Assembly: GCA_964187785.1 (NCBI GenBank)
Contig: OZ076414.1
Location: 23,498,001 to 23,562,000 of the forward strand
DNA length: 64,000 bases
Direction of reading: 5' to 3'
Origin: Amphiscolops sp. MND2022
Lineage: Eukaryota
Part shown: positions 12,501-23,454 of the stretch, piece by piece
Numbering within the stretch: position 1 is the first letter of the stretch
How the letters are laid out: each line of letters starts with the position of its first letter
The notes under the pieces: generated by a model
Seen by the model: only the letters and a program-made list of their open reading frames with translations
The model's database searches: none
Told to the model about the DNA's origin: nothing
Translations under genes and position numbers: made by a program

Positions 12501-14142
12501 ATATCGTCATCCAGATAGATCTTAGAAGACTATCACTGGACATTTTGCTCTTCGGTCACTCCAGCATTAGAAAAATGACGTCAAAAACGAAAATATTCTG
12601 ATGGCCGGGCATGAAACAGGAAATCGAGAGCAAGGTCAAAGACTGCACTGCTTGCCTAGCATCAGGTAAATCCTTGAATACCATTTACCGAAAAAACTAT
12701 GGAATACTAAAAAAACTATACGAAACCAGTCAAGAAAAAAAATCGATTTTACCGGAAAACTACAAAACTAAAACTTACATGGTAAAGTACAAACACTACT
12801 AGCGGTAGACAGATTAACTAAATGGCGAACCGTAAAAATTTGCAAAACTTTTTTAACAAGTAACTTCAATTTGTACGGAATACCCGAAAAAGTAGAATCC
12901 GACAAAGGGGGGACACTCATTTCGAAGGAATAGAAACAATTTTGCAAAAACCGAATTCTTGAAATAAACTATTGCACACCCCGAATGCATACCGGAAACA
13001 GAGTAGTAGAAAGATCGATACAAACACTAAACAACATGATAAGAGAGAACCTAGAAGACGGACTAAACCATACCGAAAGTGTGAACCGAGCATTACGAGT
13101 AATGCATTTCGCAATACATACGGGACTAAAAGTAACACCGTTCGAAATACATCACTGAAGAAAACCGAGAACCGAATTAACGAATATCGTTATAAACGGA
13201 ACAACAGTCCTGTCTAATTGGTCCAAATGTCTGAATGACTATTTCAGCACCGAACAGAACGAACATTTCTATTGATGTGGGCCGGGATGCGGAAGGACAT
13301 TTTGCCAACAACATAATAATGGCAAAGACAAAGACAGGGGAGAAACACCAGAACGAAGGCCAAAAATCACCGTAAAAGAAAAGTTCGGTTTGATATCTCT
13401 CCTATTTTGTTGAAAAAAAAACAAAAAAATCGTTAGAAGGTAAATTTCAAAATGAAATACACAGCGGGTCCGAATGTTCCGTGAAAACTGATACCGGAAA
13501 AAAACCGAAAAATTATTTCAAGTCCATTAGTTCAGAGTGAACGAAGACGGAGAAGAAAGCCGGCGATCAATACAAGCGGCGAAATAAACCCGAAAAACAG
13601 ACAATAATGATGGGAGCCTAGACGGAAGGAACGGACGCTGGGACAAGATAATCCGTGACATTGCAAACGGAAAACTGAAGATCGTCCAAAACCGGAAAGC
13701 AACGAATACCGACACCGAAGAAGACGACGATGATGAGGATGACGAGGAACTGTCGGAAGATATCGGGACACCGAAGGTCTATGATACTTCCGAACGCGAC
13801 GGAAGATACACACCCATACCGACAAATCCAGAAGAGGATGCACTATAAATCCACACAGACGGTGAGATGCCTGGTGAGAATGTAAATTCAAATATGAGAC
13901 AATCAGACCGAAATAGTAAAAAACAGAATAGATACAGCAGTATACCATACACTGGAATTATTCGGGGCTAGAAATATAGGGTTAAACATCTATTGTTTTT
14001 ATTACAGGAAACCTGTGGACTAGAGTAAAAGGAACGCTGCAACCGTAGGAGATACAGAAGCCTTCAGACTTCGTTCCTGGTGACGCAACACCAACCGGCC
14101 CTCAAATCGAAACTGGGAAGGAAGAGAAGAGAGAGGGGGAAA

Positions 14143-14354
14143 TGTCGTATTCGATTCAATCCGGTATTTGACCCCTACCGTGTTTCGGTTGATAAATGTC
14201 TAGCCTACCTGTTTGTTGATAAACAAAACTTTGGTATATTTTATTTTAGATACTACAGTATATTTATTTTGGTATCTACAATATAGTCAGCAAACTACAG
14301 ACGTTCTCGTAACTCTTTCTTTCAACTTTGAGCTTGGTTAGTGAGAATAGAACA
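14143..14354 (+). repeat. 3' LTR of the decayed Gypsy
   Basis: TGTCGTATTCG...GTGAGAATAGAACA, preceded by the purine tract gggaaggaagagaagagagagggggaaa. Confidence 0.85.
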
Positions 14355-14387
14355 ATATCCACCTCAGCACTTACGGCAACAAAATAT

Positions 14388-14804
14388 TGTAAAATTCTAG
14401 CTTATTCTAGATTTCGTTTGAAAACAGTAAGAGTTCAAGGTTATTTGATACTGAAAACGGTCAAATCAAAGACAAAATCATGGCAAATGACACAGCAAAA
14501 GTATTCAAAATTAAGCCTTGGATGGCAAAAGAACAATAATTAATTATCAATATTGGTAAACAATAACAAACAACGGCTAGCAAGGCATTTTTATGCATAA
14601 TTTCAATGTTATTTGGAACATATACTTGCAAAAATCAGATATATTTCAAACTTTTGGATATTTTCCCGAATAATTGACGGTCCCGGGAATCCAACCTGCG
14701 ATCTCGATAATGTCTATAGAGAACTGGAACTGAATTAACCATTACGCCAAGCGGACTTATTATTTGTTTATTTAAAGTCAACTATATTAACTTGCTATGC
14801 AACA
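14388..14804 (-). repeat. LTR-like TG...CA repeat with an internal tRNA-like A/B-box segment (copy 1), directly after the BEL polypurine tract
   Basis: Minus strand GGGCCCGGAGGA|TGTTGC... at 14805/14804, ending ...TTTTACA at 14388. Roughly 90% identical by eye to 22666-23070. Confidence 0.75.
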
Positions 14805-17800
14805 TCCTCCGGGCCCAAGAAGATGATCAGTAGAAACAAAAAAAAACAAAAAAATCCTTTTTTTCATGATCGGTTTGTTAGACAAATACATGATACATAT
14901 GTTCTAAAGACACGTGTGGTTAGTAGACTAAGTACAAATGTTACGGGTTACGATAAATCAGGTGAATCGGGGGAAGGAAGGACTGGGGCTAGTTTCACGA
15001 ATGGACGAACGAGGTTTCCGGACGTAGTCTTGACTTCGGCAGAGCCGGCGACGGCATCGCTGCCAAAGTTGAGTTTGACGACGCGCGCGAGAGGGTAGTA
15101 GCCTCTCGGGCTAGAGGGTTCCACGATCCAAACGAGATCTCTTATTTTCAATTGCCTGACTGTGAGGACCACTTTGAGCGACGATTCAAAGTTGGCACGT
15201 ATTCGTTCAGCCACCTGTTCCAGATAGCGTCAGAATAGGCTTGGGCGCGTGCATATCGCTTGCGGTGATCGAAATCACAATTAGAATGAGACAGTAGCGA
15301 TGAGCCAGCTGTTCCAAGCAAGAAGTGGTTGGGCGTTAACGCATCCAAGTCAGTTGCATCTGCGCTTGCTGGAACCAGCGAACGAGCGTTGAGGCTCTGC
15401 TCCACAAGACAAAACACAGTTGTTAGTATTTCGTCGGTTAGGCGTCTATCGCCGAGTATCGCGTAGAAAGTATGCTTGAAACTTCTCACTAGTCTTTCCC
15501 AGACACCGCCATGGTGTGGAGCACTAGGAGGATTAAACTTCCAGTTGACACCTTTCTTTACAATGGATTCGGCAATTGATTGATGATCCCTTTTGAGAAC
15601 GTTCTGGGGTAATTCTTTCTCTGTTGCAACAAAATTCGTCCCATGGTCTGACCAGATAACAGAGGGGATACCGCGACGGGAAACAAATCCCTCAATTCCC
15701 ATGACACAGCTGCTTGTGTCCATTGACGGTACAACTTCGAAACGGACAGCGCGCGTTGTTAGACATGTGAAGAGAAATCCCCAGCGCTTCTCCGTGGAGC
15801 GTTTAACAGATACATAGAAAGGGCCAAAGTAGTTCAAGTCAGTGTTGTAGAAGGTCGCGATGCAAACGCCAGGCGTTCTTTTGGCAGATCGGCCATTATC
15901 GGGGTCAGCGTCTCCGCTTTGCGTTTGCGACATGTTACGCATCTGGTTTGGATAGTCCTCAGTGTTGTTCTCAATTTTACAAAGGCAATCTTCTGCTGTA
16001 TCAAGGCTCTCAAGTATTCGACGCCCTGATGGCAATGTTTCTCTTGGAGATGTTCCAGAAAGAGTCGAAATGCAGGGTGTCGGCTGTCAAGCAAGATAGG
16101 GCGCCTGACATCGAAGTTGGCAACTTCCAGGTTTTTTGATCGACCTTGAGCACGAAGAAGACCGTTTGGACCAACGAAGGGGGAGGAATCTTTTATGATT
16201 GAAGGCTTGCTCAATGGACAAGACTTGAGCAGATTTTTTGGTTCGTTCAGGAACGATTCGGACTGTACAAAAAAGAACAGTTTCTGCTCAGCACTTTCAA
16301 GCTCGACAGGAACAGTTAATGCTCTTCTTTCATTCTGTTACAAGAGAAATTCGGTAAAATACGCAAAATGTAGGCCACAATGCGCAAAAGGTTCTCGTAC
16401 GAGCTGTACTTTTGCCACTTGAGAGTTAGGACATTAAAAGCTACACTTGCGGTATTTGCTGTGGTCTCTTGGTAGATTGGTTCGGTGTTGACTTCAATGA
16501 AATCAAAGTTCTTCAATTTAGTTTTCAAGATTTCTTCTGATGGCTGGAAAGGCCAATCAGAACTCATCAAGAATTTGGGGCCTTTGAGCCGAGGACTGTT
16601 CAAAAGGGCGTTCGCCGGCAGGCCGCAAGTGCCCGCGTCTGCCGGGTTGTCGGCTGTTGGCACGTGATTCCATTCATCAACTGTCGTCAACGCAAGAATT
16701 TCGGCAACTCTGTTGGCGACAAATACGGGTTTCTTGTCGATGGAATGGAGCCATTGAAGGACGTTTGTACTATCGGTCCACATGAATGTTCTTTCAACAG
16801 GTACTGTTAGCGCTTGTTGGATTTCGTTTTTAAGTCGGGCTGCTAAGACGGCAGCTTGGAGTTCCAATTTCGGTATTGTTAGCTTTCATCGGAGCGACAC
16901 GAGCTTTTCCAAAGACAAAGGCTAACTGAGTTTCAGTCCCTTCGTTGCTATCCACTCTCGCTCGGAGGAAAGCAACAGCGGACAAGACATCTTGGGAACT
17001 GTCTCCAAATACGTGTAACTCGACAATTTCCATAGTCCCGCGAAAGTTGCATCTCGGAATTGTTATCTCACTCAACTTGGGAAGCTCTGCGGCCCATTCC
17101 AGAAACTTTTGGCTAACATCTTCCGGTAGATTGTTGTCCCATTGTTGCCCTCTCAGGCACCAATTGTCTTTCAACAATAGGCGGGCTGTTACAGTATACG
17201 GCGCAACAAGACCAATGGGGTCATACACTGCGGATACTAAGCTGAGGACAACACGCTGTGTTACTGGTCGGTTCAAGTCAGGTGTAGTTCCTCTGCTGAC
17301 AATCAAAGTGTCACGACTGTGGTTCCATTTCAAACCCAATACGTGAGAGGTGTCTTCGTCTGTTGCAAAGACTTTCTCGGTCGATTCGGTAGACAGTTGA
17401 GACTTCGGGTCAACGTTGTTAACCAAACTTGGAACATTGCTGACAAACTTGGTTAGTTTGAAACCACCTTTGGCTAACATTTCAGGAAGATGCCTTCTTG
17501 GTTGCTTCGTTGACGGTTGGGCTTGACTCTTGAAGATAATCGTCCATGTAAAAATGGTTTTCCACACTGTTGGCAGCTTCACGGAATTGGTTTCGGTTGT
17601 CGCGAGCAGTCTGTTGTAGAGCGTAGTTGGCACACGTTGGTGAATCCTTCGAACCGAAAATGTGACGTACGTATTGGTACACAGCGACGTCTGTTGCTGG
17701 GTCCTCCCGCCGCAGAAAACGAAGAGACTGTCGGTCTTCAGGAATCACACCAACTTGTAAAAACATTCCCTCGATGTCAGCGGAAACGGCGTAGGGATGT

Positions 17801-20800
17801 TGTCGGAATCGCATGAGCACATGGATTAACGTTTGCAACAAGTCAGGACCAGTTAAAAGTTTGCTGTTCAGCGAAACACCATGAAATTTTGCTCAACCAT
17901 TGAGTACACAGCGTACTTTTCCTGGCTTGTGAGGGTGAAACACTGGGTGGTGCGGTAGGTACCACTCACGCGGGTTGTCGATTCTAAAACAGTCTGACTT
18001 GTCGACTTGAACAAAGTATCCCTTGTCGAAGTCGTCTTTAATGGTCTGAGCGTAACTCGCTTTCAGTTCAGGAGTTTTTTCGAGTCGACGTTTAAGGGAT
18101 TTCAACTGCACTAAGGCTGAAAAGTAGTTGTTCGAGAGACTACTCTCGTCATCAGCCCACAACATACCGACTTGATATCGGCATCCGTCATGATATGTTG
18201 TTTCTTGCAAAATCTTCGACGCTCTAGCATCGACAGCAGAGCGCGGGTCTACTTGTTTCATTGCAGCAAAAGACTCCATTTCGTACCAACTCCGAAGTTG
18301 ATCGGCCAACTTGGAGTCACTCTCACTTTGGGTGACAGCTTTGAAGCAAGTCGAGACGAGTCCCGAAGTCGAAGGCAGAGGTCCACTCAAAACCCAACCC
18401 AACGGTAATCGGACGGCAATTGGAGTATTTTTTTAAGGATTCAAAATACTTCAACGTGCGGATTAAATCGAACACGTCTTGACTCAGTATCATTTCGACG
18501 TCTCCGTAGCTGTACTTGCTCAGAGCAACGGCCTCCAAGTGAGGGTATTGTTGTTTCAATTGGTCAACATCACTGACATCATTTCCAACTTGTAAGTTTT
18601 TTTGACGAAGGTTTGACATCAAAAGTAGAGCAAAAGCCACCCGATTGAACAGGCGTCAACTTAAGCTCAACCATTTGAGTGTCAACAACTTGTTGCGAAT
18701 TGATGCCATGAAAGGTCAGTTTGGTCGGTAAGCCCTTTACGTTCAACTTGGTTGCGAGATCTTCGGAGACCCAAGAGTGACTGCAAGCGGAGTCGCACAG
18801 GGCTAAAACTTTGACAGAGGTGGTCGGTGTATGAACTTCAACTTCAGTTATTTGAAAAAGTCCTTTCACATCGCTCACGGAACAAACGCCGGAGCTCTCT
18901 CCAGCTTTGTTCACAGTTATTTCGGGGCTACGCGATCCAGTTGCTTGGTTAGTTAACGGTTTCGGTGTTGTTGTTGGTTAAAAAACTCTCTCCGTGCCAT
19001 GTATCAGGGTGTTGTGAGAGCTGTTACATCCTTCTTTGTTGCACTTGCGTGGTTGCGGACATTGTCGGAAAGTATGGTTTTCTTTCAGACAGGAAAAACA
19101 AAGATTGTTTTCGGCAACATTCTTTGCTCGGTCGGTCGGCATTTTATCAAGAAACACACGACAGCGCCACAGTGGATGGTTGTCTTTGCACACAATACAG
19201 TTTAGTTGCACTCGGTTTGGCTTGGTTCCGTTTCCGTTTGAGGATGCGCTAGAGCTTGCGGTGGCAAAAACTTTTGCACCAGTTTTCGTTCGAGTTATGG
19301 ATTGCGCATTTTCTTCGCTCTTGGGTTTTGTTGTTGAAATTTTCATCCTCCCATGCGCTTCAGCTTTATCCTTCAACCATTCGTTAAAATCCAAGATGGT
19401 TGGTCGGCTTCAATCTTTCTTGATAGTGTGCATAGATCAAGCTTCCTTCATGTTCGGGGGAAGTTTCTGTACTGCTTGGCCCAAAAGTGCCGCACTCGAC
19501 AAGTCGTGTTCATACTTCAAGGAGCGAAAAACTCCTACCAACGCCGAAATCGTTGCAGAGAAAGCAATCACGTTTTCACTGTTGTGCATTTTCAACGGTG
19601 GGAAGCCACTCAATTTGTCCAAGTGAGCGCTTACAACAGCGTGTGGCTGGCCAAATTTTCGTTCAAGAGTCTTCAATGCATCTTGGCACATTGTACCACA
19701 GTAAGCAAATTCGGCTATCGCTGTCTTGGCCTTGCCAGTTACAAGCGTTTTCAAGTACGTAAGTTTCACATCGTTCGAGAGTGCTGCGGAGTCGATAGCA
19801 CTTTTAAATTGACCAATCCACTCGTGCCATTGCAGTGGGTCTCCGTTATATTGCTCTAGTTTCCACTAAGGAAGATGGTCTTTTTTAACAGCAGTCAGTA
19901 GTTGCGTGAGATCTTGGACAGTTACCGCAGTTGGTGTTGCAGGCGGAACGGTTGACTGAACTGTAGTCGGAAACGTCGAGAAAGGAACGTTCACTGGGGC
20001 TGTTGTAGACTGTGTAATCGGAATGGTCGTTGACGTTGTCGCGAGAGGATTACAATAGAAAATTGTTCCTCCGCTTTGAATTGGTACAACTTGTGTGAAA
20101 ATCCCCGTTGTTGTCACGATTGGTGCTGCAGTTGTGTTCGGTAACGTAACCTGCCCTCTTACAGGCTGCGGAACTGTAGCATGTACTGTTGGGAGGCTAC
20201 TCGGAGCCGAAAATGTCCATGCTGACAAGTTCGGTAAGACGTGACTTGTCGGTATGTTGACTTGAAGCATTGTCGAACCAGCAGTAGCAGACGGCCGTAC
20301 CTGTGGGAACGACGTCAGAGATTGCTGATCTACCACTGGTACTGTCGTGGAAGGAACAGTGTTCGATGTGGTGTTCACAGGTTGTGGTTGGAAAAATGGC
20401 AGTGGGTTGACCACTGAATTCAGTGAGCTTGGCTTCGGCAAGTTTTCGTCTGTTTTCTTCTAGTTCTTCCAATTGGAGAGCTTGTTCTTCTTCCAACCGC
20501 TCTTTTTCGCGTTCTAATTGTTTTCGAGCGACCTCTTGCTTCTGTTTAGCCAAGCGAATGGCGTTCGCATTTTGTCGTTCTAGTTCTTCTCGTCGGTGCA
20601 TTGCTAGAAGACGGTCTTTTTTGTCGTTGACTCGATGTTTTCGTTTTACCAGAAGTTGATGATCTTTTGGATGCGTTTTTGTTGACTGTGCCGACTGCTG
20701 AGTGGGACTTTACATCGGATCCGGTGCAACTGTCGATGTATTCACGAGCTTTTCTCAAAATTTCGTCATTTTTCTCAGTGACTTCACTCAACCACTTTTC

Positions 20801-21350
20801 TAAATCAGTTTTAATTGTTCCCGAGTCAGACGTTTTAGATGCAAGCGTAATCAACTGTTCGTTTCTGTTGAAAGCTTTTGTCATTGCATCTTCGGTTTCT
20901 TTGATAAGACCTTCGACTCTAACTTTCCGATTTCCATTTGTTATGGAATCGAGTATCTTCTGTTGGAGAGTATTCAATTCAGTCTGCGCCTTCAACCAAT
21001 TTTCGTGGAGTTTTTGAACTTTTTCGTGTTGGGAATCTGTCGTCTTGCCTGTTTTTTTTTTGATTGTTTAGGCTGAAAGAAGACAGTCACGATGGGTCGC
21101 ACGGTGTACGACAGATTAAAATGGAACACGCTGCTGTTTAGCGTGGGAGTTTCTTCTGAACATCAACCGAGCAGTTAAGCTCGGACACAGCACAGAGAGG
21201 AAAGGAGGAAGCGGGTTGCAGCGTCAACCGGTCAGTTAAGTCCGGACACAGCTACAACTCGAGAGGCGGGTTTGTTCACTCGTTGGCAGCAGACAACGTG
21301 TTTTTTATCGCCTTGCGGCCGCGTTTAGAGGGTCGTTTGGGGCGACTACG
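14805..21350 (-). mobile_element. BEL/Pao LTR retrotransposon internal region, frameshifted polyprotein
   Basis: Minus-strand ORFs in BEL order: N-terminal coiled coil (20546-20995); DUF1759-like gag (19437-19769); Cys/His knuckles CIVCKDNHPLWRC and CFSCLKENH (18978-19394); protease LCDSACSHSW (18579-18914); RT WYLPHHPV, ADIEGMFLQV, FYMDD (17482-18402); Pao RNase H ELHVFGDSS, AFVFGKARVAP (16830-17633); integrase HGGVWERLVRSFK (15148-16035); DUF5641-like end (14948-15214). BEL-type PPT GGGCCCGGAGGA at 14816-14805. The 5' boundary is approximate. Confidence 0.95.
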
Positions 21351-21410
21351 GGCAGTAATTTGAGATAAATCATCTTCATATTTCAAAATTGTATGCAAAT
21401 GTTTCAATTC

Positions 21411-21585
21411 CAGATCGGGGCTCTGATGTAATGCCTTCAAATTTTACAAATAGTCTGAATCTTTATGCTTTTGCAACGAAATGATGTCTTTTTCAATACT
21501 CAAGACTAGGATGTTAGTTTTCTGCAACTTGGCAAAAATGTCCGGCGTTCGGTCACGTTGGCACTACACTAGAGCCCCGATCCTG
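21411..21585. repeat. Small MITE-like inverted repeat
   Basis: gatcggggctct (21413-21424) and agagccccgatc (21571-21582) are a perfect 12-bp inverted pair within a ~22-bp imperfect one. Confidence 0.5.
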
Positions 21586-22065
21586 TTTTGATATGATTTC
21601 AATACTTCAATTAAAGTTGGAACGGAAAGAGCACGATAAAAATTACTCTTGTGCTTGCAAATGGTATTGTTTATAACATCATGCCAAATTATTAGGTCTT
21701 TTTCGTCTTTGAAATCCTTTTCAATCAAGTTCTGAACTACTATTTTAAGGATTTTTTGCGTGAATGTTTAAACTCAGGCCCGGAATGGATAAAATTTTTT
21801 CTTTTATAGCTGTTTGATTTTCGGGGTTAATAGTTTCATTTGCGTGATGCAAAGAACTTGCGGCCAAAATTCGCACCATTCACTTTTTTTCGTTAATTTT
21901 TTTCTATTGCTTTTTACGTTATCGGGCTTTTTTGCGCAATAAATGCCTTTTACAAATCTTCCTAATGTTCCTTTTCAGGTCTTGCTACCCAAACGAAGCA
22001 CACATTTTGGACGTGAGCAAAGTACAAAAGAAGCACATATTTGAGAAAACAGATATAGATACGTT

Positions 22066-22605
22066 TTAGATTGTTTTGATAACAAAAATAACTCCACTGG
22101 TTGCTTCTGAGGGTTTCTTCTGGGCGTCGGGCTCTGGCTGGGCTTCAGAGGGCACGTTTTCTCTTCGCGGAGGGGGCACCTTCGGGGCTTCGGCGATGAC
22201 CTTCCCGGGGTTGCTTTTCGTTGAGGGTCGGTGTTCAAAGTTCAACATTGAGGATTGGGTTTCCTTCGTGCCTTTCTGGCAATAAGTTATTCGTCATCTC
22301 TGTGTTGAAACCATAAATGCTTTGTTCCGAAGATAATTACCCCAAGGATGTTTGAAAGTTCTATTTATTTGGTCGGGAACTAATCTGTTGACTGAGGCCG
22401 GTGAAACTCGGTCTAGAAAGCATCTTTGGTGTAATTCGAATGTAACCAAACCGCGTTTCAATTTCAACAATCCCGGTGTGTGATAGTAGGGTTCGCTGTG
22501 TTAATGTTGTAGTCTGCTGCCAAAGATTCGTTCACAATAATTGTTTGCTGCTTTCCTCCAGGAAACTTGCAAAATCGGCTGAATTTTCTTCTCGATCTCA
22601 GTCAG
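22066..22605 (-). pseudogene. Unidentified interrupted reading frame (~180 codons, two in-frame stops)
   Basis: One frame reads LTEIEKKIQPILQVSWRKAANNYCERIFGSRLQH*HSEPYYHTPGLLKLKRGLVTFELHQRCF...STQR*RITYCQKGTKETQSSMLNFEHRP...; the stops are at 22503-22501 and 22296-22294. Confidence 0.4.
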
Positions 22606-22665
22606 TCAAGCTGCAGAAGATTAATAGAAATAATGATTCTTTGAATAGCCTCTCTATGGCCATCG

Positions 22666-23070
22666 TGTAAAATTCTAGCTTATTCTAGAATTCGTTTGAA
22701 AACAGTAAGAATTCAAGATTATTTGATATTGAATACGGCCAAATTAGTGACAAAATCATGGCAAATGATACAGCGAAAGTATTCAAAATTAAGCCTTGGA
22801 TGGCAAAAGAACAATAATTAATTATCAAAATTGGTAAACAATAACAAACAACGGCTAGCAAGACCTTTTTATGCATAATTTCAAGGTTATTTGGAATATA
22901 TACTTGCAAAAATCAGATATATTTCAATTATTTGGATAATTTCCCAAATATTTGACGGTCCCGGGAATCGAACCTGCGATCTCGATAATGTCCATAGCGA
23001 ACTGGAACTGAATTAACCATTTCGCCCAGCGGACTTAATACTTGTTTATTTAAAGTCAACCATATTAACA
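22666..23070 (-). repeat. LTR-like TG...CA repeat with a tRNA-like A/B-box segment (copy 2)
   Basis: Minus strand TGTTAATATGG...TTTTACA; contains GGGCGAAATGGTTAA and GGTTCGATTCC; homologous to 14388-14792. Confidence 0.75.
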
Positions 23071-23153
23071 TCACCGATACTTCGACCTGCAAAATACTTT
23101 ACAGCGGAATTGGGTAGCATTAGCACCTTCTGGCTGCACACAGATATTGCGAT

Positions 23154-23254
23154 ACAGTAAGAATTCAAGATTTTTTGATATTGAATACGGCCAAATCAGT
23201 GACAAAATCATGGCAAATGATACAGTGAAAGTATTCAAAATTAAGCCTTGGATG
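23154..23254 (-). repeat. Partial third copy of the LTR-like repeat, running into the gap
   Basis: Near-identical to ~22700-22802 and ends at the N run. Confidence 0.8.
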
Positions 23255-23454
23255 NNNNNNNNNNNNNNNNNNNNNNNNNNNNNNNNNNNNNNNNNNNNNN
23301 NNNNNNNNNNNNNNNNNNNNNNNNNNNNNNNNNNNNNNNNNNNNNNNNNNNNNNNNNNNNNNNNNNNNNNNNNNNNNNNNNNNNNNNNNNNNNNNNNNNN
23401 NNNNNNNNNNNNNNNNNNNNNNNNNNNNNNNNNNNNNNNNNNNNNNNNNNNNNN
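23255..23454. other. Assembly gap (200 N)
   Basis: Exactly 200 N, which suggests a fixed-length scaffold join; true distance and adjacency across it are unknown. Confidence 0.99.

Larger units (their letters stand above)
9375..14354 (+). mobile_element. Decayed Gypsy (Ty3) LTR retrotransposon with both LTRs
   Basis: Diverged TG...CA LTRs at 9375-9588 and 14143-14354; PBS TGGCACAGTC at 9589; PPT at 14115-14142. Fragmented gag (9644-9931), CCHC knuckles (10224-10439), RT N-terminus VKIALDSRKLN (11073) and integrase zinc-binding remnants (~12500-12660). Many stops and frameshifts; part of RT/RNase H appears deleted; no TSD recovered. Confidence 0.9.

Noticed and set aside
14670-14760. Functional tRNA gene within the LTR-like repeats
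   Set aside because: A/B boxes are present but acceptor, D and T stems do not pair and no anticodon arm is evident.
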